Shown here: positions 16,009-25,876 of the stretch, in pieces
How positions within the stretch are numbered: position 1 is the first letter of the stretch
Layout: each line of letters starts with the position of its first letter
Source of the DNA: Candidatus Gygaella obscura
Lineage (GTDB): Bacteria; Omnitrophota; Gorgyraeia; Gygaellales; Gygaellaceae
Assembly (NCBI GenBank): GCA_030765485.1
Contig: JAVCCR010000010.1
Coordinates: forward strand, 1 to 51,394
Direction of reading: 5' to 3'
Length of the DNA stretch: 51,394 nt
Program-made: the position numbers and the translations under genes
Notes under the pieces: generated by a model
What the model was told of the DNA's origin: nothing
Database searches by the model: none
The model's input: only the letters and a program-made list of their open reading frames with translations

Positions 16009-16602
16009 ATGACCGATTCAAACCAAACCCAAAATATCGTAAGTTCCTCCATCAGAACCGATGCCCATACCTACAGATGGTTTGCTTATCTATTATTCCA
16101 ACTTAATGTTAAAAAAGAGCTTATAACAGATCCTACTATTAAAGCCAACTACACCCATATAAAGCATATTATCTTAAACCAGGCTCTATTAAACATCATT
16201 ATATCTCTATTCATATTGTCTGTCTATTTTATTCAAGTATATGCTTTTTTCTGGCTTGGAGTTATATTCTTATGGCCTATATTCAGGCTGCACTGGAGTA
16301 AAAAGGCTAATATTATATCTATTGCAAAGAGCTTATTAAATAATACTGAATTTACTTCTAAAGACCTATCTCTTTACCAGCTTTGTGAGGCATTAAGCAA
16401 AAAGTACTCTATCCCCTCTTTAATCAGCACGATCTACTACTTAGATACTATACTTGTTTTTACAATAATCACTTTTTTAATTATCAAAAACTTCATCTGG
16501 CCTATCTATACTGACCTGCAGTATGATATTGTTTTGGTTCTTACATACCTATTTATTAAAACCTTCTCTAAGTTCACTATTTTCTATAAGCTTCTAAAAT
16601 AG
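16009..16602 (+). CDS. Hypothetical membrane protein
   Basis: Several TMs; TTGCAT-17-TAAAAT promoter ending 6 nt before ATG. Confidence 0.6.
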   Translation: MTDSNQTQNIVSSSIRTDAHTYRWFAYLLFQLNVKKELITDPTIKANYTHIKHIILNQALLNIIISLFILSVYFIQVYAFFWLGVIFLWPIFRLHWSKKANIISIAKSLLNNTEFTSKDLSLYQLCEALSKKYSIPSLISTIYYLDTILVFTIITFLIIKNFIWPIYTDLQYDIVLVLTYLFIKTFSKFTIFYKLLK

Positions 16603-16603
16603 C

Positions 16604-18523
16604 TTACACTAGATACAATAGATACGTCAATACTATCAGATTAATCAGTAAAAACCCGATCGCAGAAGTAGTAGATAAAAACCCTATGCTTAATACGGGA
16701 TAAAACCAATTTAAAACTTCGGTATTTATATTCTTTGAACTTGTCACAAACCTCGATAGTGAGTAATTGCGCCAGTTGAAGTTGGTAATCTCATTATTAG
16801 CTAATTTATCAAAATAAAGCTTTGTGCCTGGTAAGGGCGTAAGAAACGATAAGCAAGTATAATCTGCCGGTAGCCGAAAGCAGAATTTCCAAAGAGTAAA
16901 CAGGCTTTTTAGAGTGTCGCTGTCAAAGCCGTAAATAAAATGTGCCTTTATGCCTATCCCAGTTTTCTTAATAATTTTAGACAGTCTTATATAATCATGG
17001 GCAAGGATGAATTTACCCTTCTTTTCCTGTTCCGGTGAACTGCCTGATATCTCATAACCAATTAAAAATATCTTACAGCCTGATCTTTTAGCCAGCTTTA
17101 AGGCCTCAGCATCTTTGGCAATATCAAGGCTGGCTGAACCGCTCCATCTTATCTTTAATGGTATCATTGCCTTAAAGAGTTCTTTTGCATAAACAGGGTC
17201 GGCATATATATTATTATCTAAAAAGCTTATTATTTTGGCTTTTAGTTTAGCTTTTTTTAACAAGCTAATGATATCGGCAACCGGGGTTTTTCTGATTCGT
17301 CTACCGGACAATGCCGGGATTGTACAGAAAAAGCAGTTGAATTTACAGCCTCTTCCTGTAGAGATACTTTTTGCGATTACATCTGCTGGAAGCGCAAGCA
17401 TCTTCTGCGTTGTTTTCTCATAATAGTTATCTAGTATGGGTGCAATGTATTTTGGTTTTAGGCAGTCATTTTCATAGTCATGGATAATCTCCTCCCAGAC
17501 CCCTTCGGCCTCTCCTATTACCACGCTGTCGCAGTATTCAAGGGCCTCATCTGCGCAGAAACTTACATGCGGCCCGCCCATAATTACCTTAGAGCCTTTT
17601 TCTCTAAAGCTTTTGGCTATTTTATATGCCTCTGGGCTATTAGAAGTAAAACATGTTATACCTACTAGCTTTTTAGGCTGATAAAACCTTTTACGCCAGA
17701 TAATCTGGTTGAATTCCCTTATTTTATAACCTTCTGGAGTCATGGCGCGTAAGACTGTAAAAACCGGCGGGTATATCCTTAAGATTAAAGATAAGATGCT
17801 GGGTATTACAGCTGCGCTTTTGGGGGCAATAAGGTAAAGTTCTTTTTCCGAAGAGCTGATACTATTTAATTCCTTGTAGGTCTTTAAGATAATAAAAGTT
17901 ATATAAAAGAACAGGAAAAAATGCAGGTATTTAATGGCAAAATGAACTACCCTGTATATATGGAACAGTTTAACCTCAGCAGTATAGGCAAAGGCCACAA
18001 GACCAAGACTAACGCCCAGCACTGATAAAATTACAATAATATCACTCAGGGTTATGTTGAGTTTTTTCTTGATGATGTCTAATTTTTTTAGGTACTTCTT
18101 ATTTATGATAGATGAAGCGATTATATAAAGGATTACGGTATCAAGAAAGGTGCTTACTCCAATGTAGGGGATATTTTTAAATGGTGCTAATGAAAATATC
18201 AAAAAGTGAACCACCATTGGTATTATGCTTACTGCTAGATATAGTTTCCAGTACTGTTTTAAGTTATTTTGGAAGCTTTTTATAGAAAGTGTGAGGTTCT
18301 CATCACTGGCAATCTCAACTAGCGTGCCGTAGGCGCCGCTAAAGAATAAAAACCTTAGAGTAATAAAAAATAATAGTATTGGTATACCAAATATGGAGTC
18401 TCTTATGTTTTGGCTAAAGTAAGATGTGAATATGGCAGGTTCGAAAAAAAACCCTAAAACAACAAAGCTTAATACGCTGTTTGTATAATTAAAGGTATTT
18501 TTTAGGCTGGTTTTAACAGGCAT
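16604..18523 (-). CDS. Membrane-fused B12-binding radical SAM protein
   Basis: About 6 N-terminal TMs, GGPHVS...VIGEAE B12 domain, GRGCKFNCFFC, TPLPGT. Confidence 0.85.
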   Translation of the reverse strand: MPVKTSLKNTFNYTNSVLSFVVLGFFFEPAIFTSYFSQNIRDSIFGIPILLFFITLRFLFFSGAYGTLVEIASDENLTLSIKSFQNNLKQYWKLYLAVSIIPMVVHFLIFSLAPFKNIPYIGVSTFLDTVILYIIASSIINKKYLKKLDIIKKKLNITLSDIIVILSVLGVSLGLVAFAYTAEVKLFHIYRVVHFAIKYLHFFLFFYITFIILKTYKELNSISSSEKELYLIAPKSAAVIPSILSLILRIYPPVFTVLRAMTPEGYKIREFNQIIWRKRFYQPKKLVGITCFTSNSPEAYKIAKSFREKGSKVIMGGPHVSFCADEALEYCDSVVIGEAEGVWEEIIHDYENDCLKPKYIAPILDNYYEKTTQKMLALPADVIAKSISTGRGCKFNCFFCTIPALSGRRIRKTPVADIISLLKKAKLKAKIISFLDNNIYADPVYAKELFKAMIPLKIRWSGSASLDIAKDAEALKLAKRSGCKIFLIGYEISGSSPEQEKKGKFILAHDYIRLSKIIKKTGIGIKAHFIYGFDSDTLKSLFTLWKFCFRLPADYTCLSFLTPLPGTKLYFDKLANNEITNFNWRNYSLSRFVTSSKNINTEVLNWFYPVLSIGFLSTTSAIGFLLINLIVLTYLLYLV

Positions 18524-19279
18524 TTATTTATTATACTTGCCTATTATCTGGCCGCTAGCACTATCTATAAAAAACCATTCGTCATTACCTTCACCTTCTA
18601 TTATTGAAAACCTTATTGACTGGTAGTTTCGGTCAGTTAAATATTCTAAGCCAGCAGTTTCCTCTGGAGCAAGGCTATTTAATAATACAAGCCAACCGGT
18701 TTTATCTAAGTGCATGGTAAGATTGGTGAGGTTTAATTCTTGGTTTTTTGCAGCTTCCATAGCGATATTAAGGATTTCCTTTGTAGGAATCAATACTGAG
18801 CTTGGCTGTTCTGCTGTGCTCATTTGCGGGGAATCTATAATAGTATCTACTTTTTCTTTACGCCTTAAAGGGATAATTAGATCCACATCTTTTAAGCTTG
18901 CAGTCCAAAGGTCTTTGTGTCCCTTTTCTTCAGCGTAAAACTCACCTTCTATGATGCAAAAAGTGTTTTTAAACTCATTGATATTTTCCTCCAGGCCTGT
19001 TTCTTCTGATAACTCTACCCAAAGGCCATTTTTAGTAAGTAGGTTATTGGCTGATTCAGTTGATAGATACAATGCGTTGTTTTCAAAGTTATACACAAAA
19101 TAGCCTGAAGTTTTTATTCTTAGATTGTTATAATCACCCGGGTTTGCAAGTAGGCTGACAATAGAAACTTCTACTACTGGTTTTTTAACTTGTTCTATTG
19201 GGATTTCTTCCTGAGCAAAACTACAAATAGAAAATACAAATACGCTTAAAAGAGCAATTATAAAAGAATTTCTTTTCAT
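18524..19279 (-). CDS. Secreted hypothetical protein
   Basis: Signal peptide ending SFA; VSIVSLLANP.DY. Confidence 0.65.
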   Translation of the reverse strand: MKRNSFIIALLSVFVFSICSFAQEEIPIEQVKKPVVEVSIVSLLANPGDYNNLRIKTSGYFVYNFENNALYLSTESANNLLTKNGLWVELSEETGLEENINEFKNTFCIIEGEFYAEEKGHKDLWTASLKDVDLIIPLRRKEKVDTIIDSPQMSTAEQPSSVLIPTKEILNIAMEAAKNQELNLTNLTMHLDKTGWLVLLNSLAPEETAGLEYLTDRNYQSIRFSIIEGEGNDEWFFIDSASGQIIGKYNK

Positions 19280-19299
19280 ACATGCCTCCTTTTAATCAG

Positions 19300-19749
19300 T
19301 TAGGGAGATTGCCACGGACCATTACATTTATTGTTTTTTGTATTGAAGTTTCTTTTTTGAATAATTCCGCCAGTGATTACCCGCCAGCAGTACTTACCTT
19401 CTTTTTCCGATAATGGTGTTGAACTGATTTGATAAGTGCCGTCTGTTAGTTCCTGACAGTGATAATTATAGCCTTTGTATTCACCTTTTGAGCCTTGTGT
19501 TGAGCAGGGTGCATACGGAATAAACGGCGGGTCAGTCTGCGCAAGATAGCTTAGACTGTTAGGATAAGAAGTACTCACAATAGTATAACTTTCCAGAGTA
19601 TCGCGAAGAAGCATAATGTATTTTTGTGCAGCAAAAGTTTTTACCCTTACGGCCTGGTCTTTGTAGTAAGGAACAGCTATAGTTGTAAGCGTTGCAATTA
19701 TAGCAACAACAATAACCATTTCAATTAAGGTAAAACTTTTTTTGTTCAT
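19300..19749 (-). CDS. Type IV pilin / pseudopilin (PilE-like)
   Basis: KKS-FTLIEMVIVVAII...IAVPYY N-terminal methylation motif; C-terminal Cys pairs. Confidence 0.85.
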   Translation of the reverse strand: MNKKSFTLIEMVIVVAIIATLTTIAVPYYKDQAVRVKTFAAQKYIMLLRDTLESYTIVSTSYPNSLSYLAQTDPPFIPYAPCSTQGSKGEYKGYNYHCQELTDGTYQISSTPLSEKEGKYCWRVITGGIIQKRNFNTKNNKCNGPWQSP

Positions 19750-20180
19750 TTATTTGCAGGAATCCGATCAACGATTTTATTTATTTTGGTAGCCAGCTCA
19801 GACAGGTCATCTCCTTTTCTAAAATGGATATGCTTTTTTATACCTAATTTACCGATTTCATCAAGATCCCTATAAAGCCTGTCGATTGGACCAACAAGTT
19901 TATTGGATATTCTTTGAGCTATGGCAATAATTAGCATAAGCCACATAATTACAAGTAAAACCAGAACTATGGCAGATTTACCAGCAGCAGGAATTATATT
20001 GAGAGAAATAAATGCTTTATCCGGCATCTCAGAAGCAATAATTAGAAAGCTCATTAAATATATCGTGACAGATGAAATTATAATTGAAATCAACGCTGTC
20101 CAAAACACCAACATCATCACTTTTTTCTGGTACTTATTAGCAACTTTAAATATGGATCTTTTGCATAATATGTTATTCAT
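19746..20180 (-). CDS. Small 2-TM HAMP-like membrane protein
   Basis: SNKLVGPIDRL...HFRKGDDLSELATKIN. Confidence 0.7.
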   Translation of the reverse strand: MNNILCKRSIFKVANKYQKKVMMLVFWTALISIIISSVTIYLMSFLIIASEMPDKAFISLNIIPAAGKSAIVLVLLVIMWLMLIIAIAQRISNKLVGPIDRLYRDLDEIGKLGIKKHIHFRKGDDLSELATKINKIVDRIPANK

Positions 20181-20247
20181 TGTATCTCCTTTGTTGGTAT
20201 TATTTTATTAGAAAAAATGACTTTTAGCAACTAATTAAACTTAAAAT

Positions 20248-21198
20248 TTATACGTTTTTCTTTAAGTTTACCCCTGCTAAATCTATTAAACCTGATTCTT
20301 CCTGTACCCATCCGTTAGTTAAATAATATTTCTCCAGAACCGCTTTGGCCTGGTCGTATTCTTTTTGGGTAATTCTACGGTTGATTTCAGGATTTTTTTT
20401 TGCGTTATAAAAAGGAAAGTACTGGCTCATAAGGCTGATATGTATTTGTTTTGAAAGTCTCTTATTTATAAACTCTGCAATTTTCTCTGTGCCTGAGGCA
20501 CCTTCTGGAAGTATCAGGTGTCGTATAATTATACCTTCAGTCATTATGTTGTTTTTAATCTTTGCAATTGGCGCCTGTTTAAACATCTCTAATAAGCTGT
20601 TTTGATTATACTCAGGGTAATTCGGCGCTTGAGAATATTTACCGGCAGTTTTATTATCAGCATAGCGCATGTCCACAAGATATATGTCTACTACCCCGTT
20701 TAGGATTTGAATCACCTCAGGCAGTTCATAGCCAGAACTATTATAGACTAAGGGGATATTAAGTCCTTTGGTTATAGCAAGCTCTAAGGCATCCAGCGCT
20801 TGAGCACTGACATGGGTTGGGGTAACCAGGTTGATATTATGACATCCTTTATTTTGAAGTTCCAGCATCATATCGCTTAAAGTATCTTTATTAATTTCTT
20901 TACCTTCATTAAGCTGGCTGAATTTATAATTCTGGCAATAGCAGCAACTCATGTTGCAGTTAGAAAAGAATATAGCACCTGAGCCGTTTTTACCGGAAAT
21001 GACCGGCTCTTCTCCCATGTGTGCTGTGTAGTTGTAGGCCTTGGCGAAAAGACCTGTTTTACAGTATCCAGTCTTGTTTTTAAGCCTATTCACAGCGCAT
21101 CTACGCGGACAGATACAGCAGTTTTCTTCCATCTTCATTAATGCCTGGATCTTTGTTCTCAGTAAGCCTTTTTTAAAAGTTTCAATGTATTTTGGCAT
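20248..21198 (-). CDS. PflX-like radical SAM protein
   Basis: CCICPRRCAVNR, HMGEEP, CNMSCCYCQN, IIRHLILP. Confidence 0.85.
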   Translation of the reverse strand: MPKYIETFKKGLLRTKIQALMKMEENCCICPRRCAVNRLKNKTGYCKTGLFAKAYNYTAHMGEEPVISGKNGSGAIFFSNCNMSCCYCQNYKFSQLNEGKEINKDTLSDMMLELQNKGCHNINLVTPTHVSAQALDALELAITKGLNIPLVYNSSGYELPEVIQILNGVVDIYLVDMRYADNKTAGKYSQAPNYPEYNQNSLLEMFKQAPIAKIKNNIMTEGIIIRHLILPEGASGTEKIAEFINKRLSKQIHISLMSQYFPFYNAKKNPEINRRITQKEYDQAKAVLEKYYLTNGWVQEESGLIDLAGVNLKKNV

Positions 21199-21200
21199 AG

Positions 21201-22046
21201 TTATCTGCAGATTAATTTTGTTCCGTCATCCTGGCAATAGTCATATTGTTTTGGGTATGTTTTATTACATTTAGGACAGATTTTAAGATTACAGTCGAAA
21301 AGACTTTGGTTATTGTTTATTTTGGTTATGTTTTCTTCTGTGTATTTTATGCGTTCATTTATCGGTGGATGAGAACTTAAAAAAACCAATTGCTGCGACC
21401 TATTTTGTTTTTCCGCCTCTTCCTGGAGTTTTTTAAAAAAACTAATTATGCCCTCTGGGTTAAAACCTGATTTATAGGCATATTTTACTGCTAATGTATC
21501 AGCTTGTCGTTCATCGTTTCTGCTGTAGCCTAAGGATACGTAATTAAAAACCGTGTTCATTGCCTGTATCGTGTCTACGTATTCAGCTTTATTAAATGCC
21601 AGGCTCATGACTATGGAATAACCCAATGAAACCTGCAGTCTTTTTACAGAATGTTTTGCAGCAACATGGCCGATCTCATGGGCAAGAACACAGGCCAATT
21701 CATCATCCGTAGCTTTCTCCATAAGTCCAGAGTTTACATAAATAAATCCGCCTGGTAAAGCAAATGCATTCAGTTCCTTATCTTCCGCTACATTAAAACT
21801 ATAGTTTAAGTCAGTTCTGTCTGAATTTAAAGCAATCCTATTGCCGATTTTTTTTAGTCTTTTGTTTAATGCCTCATCGTTTGAGGTGGTTAGCTGCATT
21901 TTCATCTGGGCATTGAGAAGTTTTCCTAAGGCAACTTCTTGGGAGCTGGAGATAAAAATCAATTCTTTCTTGCCTAAGGCAGTGTTGTATACGCTTGCGC
22001 AGCCAAAAGTAAACATCAATAATAAGATTACAAAAAAGTTTTTCAA
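21201..22046 (-). CDS. M48 family metalloprotease lipoprotein with C-terminal zinc ribbon
   Basis: Lipobox FGC; NAFALPGG, HEIGH, YSR..E..AD, SSHP; CPKC...YCQDDG. Confidence 0.9.
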   Translation of the reverse strand: MKNFFVILLLMFTFGCASVYNTALGKKELIFISSSQEVALGKLLNAQMKMQLTTSNDEALNKRLKKIGNRIALNSDRTDLNYSFNVAEDKELNAFALPGGFIYVNSGLMEKATDDELACVLAHEIGHVAAKHSVKRLQVSLGYSIVMSLAFNKAEYVDTIQAMNTVFNYVSLGYSRNDERQADTLAVKYAYKSGFNPEGIISFFKKLQEEAEKQNRSQQLVFLSSHPPINERIKYTEENITKINNNQSLFDCNLKICPKCNKTYPKQYDYCQDDGTKLICR

Positions 22047-22567
22047 TTTGTTATCTGAGTTTGGTAGATGCGTCTTATATGGTTAAAGGTATCAATATAT
22101 TCTTTGGTTCTGTAATCAGGGTATGTCCAAGGCAGTTCTGTAAAGGTATCCTTCGTAAAAATTAAAGTTATCTCTTCATAAATCCCTTTATTGATATAGA
22201 TTCTATGTGAAAAATCCTTTGTTGTTGCCAGAACCAGCTTTGAAAGGGCTAAATACCCTGGGTCAATATTAATAACCCTTTTTTTATCCTTAGAAAGCCT
22301 GGTTTCAAGCCTGCAGGTGGTTAGTTTTATATCGGCAAGGCTGTTCTGAGTGATTAATTTACTAAAGCTGATAAAAACTCTTTTTAGGTTTTTACCGATT
22401 TCGCTTTGATAGTAATTTGTGGTCTTAAACTTTAAGATATCAGATTTAAAGTCAATTCGGGATAATTTCTTTTCTAAATAAAAAAAAGCCTTATTGAAAA
22501 GATCCTCATCTTTTGCAATAAGACCGATTATGAGTTTTACTTTCCCAGGTAAGTAAATTTTTCGCAT
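22043..22567 (-). CDS. DUF4416 family protein
   Basis: T.YY..E.G..L.R, R.INIDPGY...LVLATTK.FSHRIY, PWTYPDY. Confidence 0.8.
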   Translation of the reverse strand: MRKIYLPGKVKLIIGLIAKDEDLFNKAFFYLEKKLSRIDFKSDILKFKTTNYYQSEIGKNLKRVFISFSKLITQNSLADIKLTTCRLETRLSKDKKRVINIDPGYLALSKLVLATTKDFSHRIYINKGIYEEITLIFTKDTFTELPWTYPDYRTKEYIDTFNHIRRIYQTQITN

Positions 22568-22583
22568 TAATGCTTTTTAAGAC

Positions 22584-22955
22584 TTACGAGAGGTGATAAT
22601 CAACGTATTGTGATAATTTTTCTACTGCTAAATTACTTATGTTGCTAAAGAAAATCGCTACGAGATAACCTTTGCCGTCAGGACTGGGGTTTTCTCTTAC
22701 CACTACCCCTTCACAGGCAAGCTTGGTTGTCTGCGTTTTTCCATTGCCGCCTTTTTTTAAAGGCACCATAAGGGTCAGTTTTAGTTTTGAAAACATGCCA
22801 ATAGGTTTGGCAATATGACAAAAAGCACCCTTTGCGCTGATATTGCGTGTTTCTGTTAAGATATCCCCTTTTTTATTAAGGGAAAGTTTCAGCGATATCT
22901 GTTTATCAACGCGACGGAAAGTTCGACGCTCATCAGGAGGTCTTTTGTCTTCCAT
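22584..22955 (-). CDS. PilZ domain protein
   Basis: ERRTFRR and NISAKG c-di-GMP motifs. Confidence 0.85.
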   Translation of the reverse strand: MEDKRPPDERRTFRRVDKQISLKLSLNKKGDILTETRNISAKGAFCHIAKPIGMFSKLKLTLMVPLKKGGNGKTQTTKLACEGVVVRENPSPDGKGYLVAIFFSNISNLAVEKLSQYVDYHLS

Positions 22956-22958
22956 TGG

Positions 22959-23105
22959 TTAATCTTGCTTTTTTTCTTTTGCTTTCCTGTAACAGGATTT
23001 ATTGCAGTAATATTTGCCATTTTTATAATAGCGTCTTACTCGTTTTAATTGCTTACTGCAATCTGTACAAGTTATAATTTTTTCTTGGTTTGTTTGGTCT
23101 GCCAT
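22959..23105 (-). CDS. 48-aa zinc-finger protein (not in ORF track)
   Basis: MADQTNQEKIITCTDCSKQLKRVRRYYKNGKYYCNKSCYRKAKEKKQD fills the gap between the two PilZ genes. Confidence 0.7.
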   Translation of the reverse strand: MADQTNQEKIITCTDCSKQLKRVRRYYKNGKYYCNKSCYRKAKEKKQD

Positions 23106-23106
23106 A

Positions 23107-23445
23107 TTATTCATGAAGTAGTAAATAATCCTCTAGATATCTGGATTCGGGGCCGTTGATTTGATCAAATTTAACCCCTACTTGGTATCTATCGCTATAG
23201 GGGAGTCTTTGTGACCATATTACCTTTGCAGTAGGATTTAGGATTTTTGAAAAGAGATTAATCTGTAAGGTAAGTTCTGTTAAAGGCGGTATAAAGTTTT
23301 CAGAGATCATTCTCATCCCGCTTTTACTAATGTCTTTGGTTACAGTTTTTCCGAATTTAGGATTTGACATAACTTTATATGTTATAGGTAGATGCATACG
23401 TAGTCTATTTGTATTTCGTTTGTTTTGTGTTAAATCGTTATCCAT
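23107..23445 (-). CDS. PilZ domain protein
   Basis: KRNTNR and DISKSG motifs; GGAGG RBS before ATG 23445. Confidence 0.85.
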   Translation of the reverse strand: MDNDLTQNKRNTNRLRMHLPITYKVMSNPKFGKTVTKDISKSGMRMISENFIPPLTELTLQINLFSKILNPTAKVIWSQRLPYSDRYQVGVKFDQINGPESRYLEDYLLLHE

Positions 23446-23464
23446 TTTTCCTCCAGCCAAGATA

Positions 23465-23524
23465 ATTATAACATAAAAAAAAAGCTTGTCAATTACTTTA
23501 CAAATACTTAATTGTTGTTAAAAT
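23465..23524. promoter_or_regulatory. Divergent sigma70 promoters
   Basis: Minus: TTGACA-16-TATAAT with TG extension; plus: TTTACA-16-TAAAAT with TG extension. Confidence 0.6.
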
Positions 23525-23530
23525 ATATAT

Positions 23531-24334
23531 ATGTACACGCAATATTACAGCCTGAAAGAACGTCCTTTTAATGTTACAAGCGATCCTTCCTTTTTCTTTT
23601 TAAGCACAAGCCATAAGGAAGCCTTGGCAGCTTTAATTTATGGGATCAAGGAAAGAAAAGGTATACTTTGCTTAACCGGTGAAGTGGGAACCGGTAAAAC
23701 AACCATCTGCAAGGCCCTTGTAAAACAGCTTGATGAATCCGTAAAAAGCGCTTTTATTCTTAATCCTGATTTCTCCAACCTGCAGCTTATCGGTTTGATT
23801 CTTTCTGATTTTGGGATCAATGCTAAGAAGAAAGATAAGCTTTCGATGATAAACGAGTTGAATAAATTTCTGCTTAATTTGGCAAAGGAAAATAAAAACG
23901 CAGTATTGATTGTTGACGAGTCGCAGAATCTAAAACCTAAACAGCTTGAACAGATAAGGTTATTGTCTAATCTAGAAACCGAGAAACAAAAACTCTTACA
24001 GATTGTTTTAGTCGGTCAGCCGGAGTTAACGGAAAAACTTAACCTTACAAGCCTGCGTCAGCTAGATCAACGAATCATGGTTCATTATGATGTAAAACCT
24101 CTTGAGAAAGTTGATGTTGCTGCCTATATCCATCACCGTCTAAAGAAAGCAGGATGTTTATCTAATGTTGAATTTGACGATATGTCCATAAATGAAATTT
24201 TTAACTATTCATTTGGGATTCCGCGTGTTATAAATATAATATGCGACTTGGCATTACTGGCAGGTTTTGTTAGGGATACGAAAAAGATCTCTGCAGAAAT
24301 TATCAAAGAAGTATACAACGAATTTAAAAAATGA
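23531..24334 (+). CDS. exeA: ExeA/GspA-type AAA ATPase
   Basis: MY..YY.LKE.PF...DP, GEVGTGKTT, IVDESQNL, LVGQPEL, GIPRVIN.ICD.ALL. Confidence 0.85.
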   Translation: MYTQYYSLKERPFNVTSDPSFFFLSTSHKEALAALIYGIKERKGILCLTGEVGTGKTTICKALVKQLDESVKSAFILNPDFSNLQLIGLILSDFGINAKKKDKLSMINELNKFLLNLAKENKNAVLIVDESQNLKPKQLEQIRLLSNLETEKQKLLQIVLVGQPELTEKLNLTSLRQLDQRIMVHYDVKPLEKVDVAAYIHHRLKKAGCLSNVEFDDMSINEIFNYSFGIPRVINIICDLALLAGFVRDTKKISAEIIKEVYNEFKK

Positions 24335-24789
24335 GTTTAATTTACGATGCGTTAAGGAAAGCACAAGGCGAACTGCAGAATCCTGTAGGTACTCAAGATG
24401 TAAACCCCTCCCAACAGGAAAAACCTGTTAAAGAAATTAAAAAAGCAAAAATAAATAAGTATTTTTATATAATTCTCGCAGTCCTTTTATTGGTATTTTT
24501 GATTAAGTCAAATTTTTCTATCCTTAAAGAAAAGTTTTCAAAGACAAAAGAATATAAAATTGAAAAAATTGTAGAAAAATTTATTCCTCTCCCAGGTCCC
24601 TCCTTTAAACAAGGGTTATTTTTAAGCGGTATCGTTTTAGGTAATGCACCTGAAGATAATATTGCGATTATAAATGACGTGATCGTAAAGCAGGGTGATA
24701 TTATTGAAGGGGTAACTGTTTTAGATATCAGTACTCTTCAGGTGGAATTACAAAAAGACGGAGAAAATTTGCTGCTGGAATTAGAATAA
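24331..24789 (+). CDS. ExeB/GspB-like protein
   Basis: MSLIYDALRKAQ; TM; LSGIV...AIIND..VKQGD.IEG. Confidence 0.75.
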   Translation: MSLIYDALRKAQGELQNPVGTQDVNPSQQEKPVKEIKKAKINKYFYIILAVLLLVFLIKSNFSILKEKFSKTKEYKIEKIVEKFIPLPGPSFKQGLFLSGIVLGNAPEDNIAIINDVIVKQGDIIEGVTVLDISTLQVELQKDGENLLLELE

Positions 24790-25875
24790 CCTTTTTTTGA
24801 TAACCTCTTTTACTAAAGCTAAAGGTATATTTTTTTTGATAACTGTTTTTCCGATGCCGCTGGTTAAAACAAATCTGTTTGTTTTGCCGATAAACTTTTT
24901 ATCATGGTAGTAGGCGTTGATTATTTTCTCTAAAGATAGTCCCTTTATTTTTGTTGGCAGACCCACTTTTTTTATTAAGGTTTCAATTCTTTCTGAATCT
25001 TTTTTGTTTAAAATTCCAAGACGATGGCTCAATTCAATCGCGCAAAGCATACCTAAGGTTATTGCTTCGCCGTGTCTATATTTATCATAACTTGAAGCTG
25101 CCTCGATAGCATGGCCGATAGTGTGGCCGAAATTAAGAATAGTTCTGATAGACTTCTCTTCTTTTTCATCTGCTGAAATTATGTCTGATTTGATTTTAGA
25201 GCACCTGTTGACAATTTTTATAAGCGCATCTGTTTTAAAAGAAAGTATTTTTTTGATATTATCTTCAAGGTATTTAAAAAATTTCCTGTCTTTTATGACT
25301 GCATATTTAATTGTTTCTCCCAGGCCTGATAAGAGGTCTCTTTTCTTCAGTGACATTAATAAATTAACATCGCAGATTACAAGCTTTGGCTGGTAAAACG
25401 CTCCGATTAAGTTTTTGCCTACAGCTAAATTTATCGCTGTCTTACCACCGATACTAGAATCTATCTGAGCTAAAAGTGTAGTAGGAACCTGTATATAAGG
25501 AACGCCTCTTTTGTAAACGCTGGCGATAAAACCGCTTAAATCCCCTACTACCCCACCGCCAAGCGCAATAATAAAAAGGCGCTTATCCTTATCGTATGCG
25601 GAAATCGCAGTAAGAATTTTATTAATCTGTGTAAATGATTTTGCTTTTTCTGAGTCAGGTACAATAAATTCTTTTACGGAGAAACCGTTTTTTCTTAAAC
25701 CCTTGGTTAATTTATTTGCGTATTTATTTTTTAAATAAGTATTGGTTATGATTATTGCATCATTACCGATTTTCAGCTTTGTTATTTGTTTAGATAAACC
25801 AGTTAGGATATTACTGCCGATAATTATGGAGTAGCTTCTATTTTTAAGCCTGACTTTATTGGAAATAGATTTCAT
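24781..25875 (-). CDS. aroB: 3-dehydroquinate synthase
   Basis: ALGGGVVGD, PTTLLAQIDSSIGGKT, LNFGHTIGHAIE. Confidence 0.95.
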   Translation of the reverse strand: MKSISNKVRLKNRSYSIIIGSNILTGLSKQITKLKIGNDAIIITNTYLKNKYANKLTKGLRKNGFSVKEFIVPDSEKAKSFTQINKILTAISAYDKDKRLFIIALGGGVVGDLSGFIASVYKRGVPYIQVPTTLLAQIDSSIGGKTAINLAVGKNLIGAFYQPKLVICDVNLLMSLKKRDLLSGLGETIKYAVIKDRKFFKYLEDNIKKILSFKTDALIKIVNRCSKIKSDIISADEKEEKSIRTILNFGHTIGHAIEAASSYDKYRHGEAITLGMLCAIELSHRLGILNKKDSERIETLIKKVGLPTKIKGLSLEKIINAYYHDKKFIGKTNRFVLTSGIGKTVIKKNIPLALVKEVIKKRLF

Positions 25876-25876
25876 A

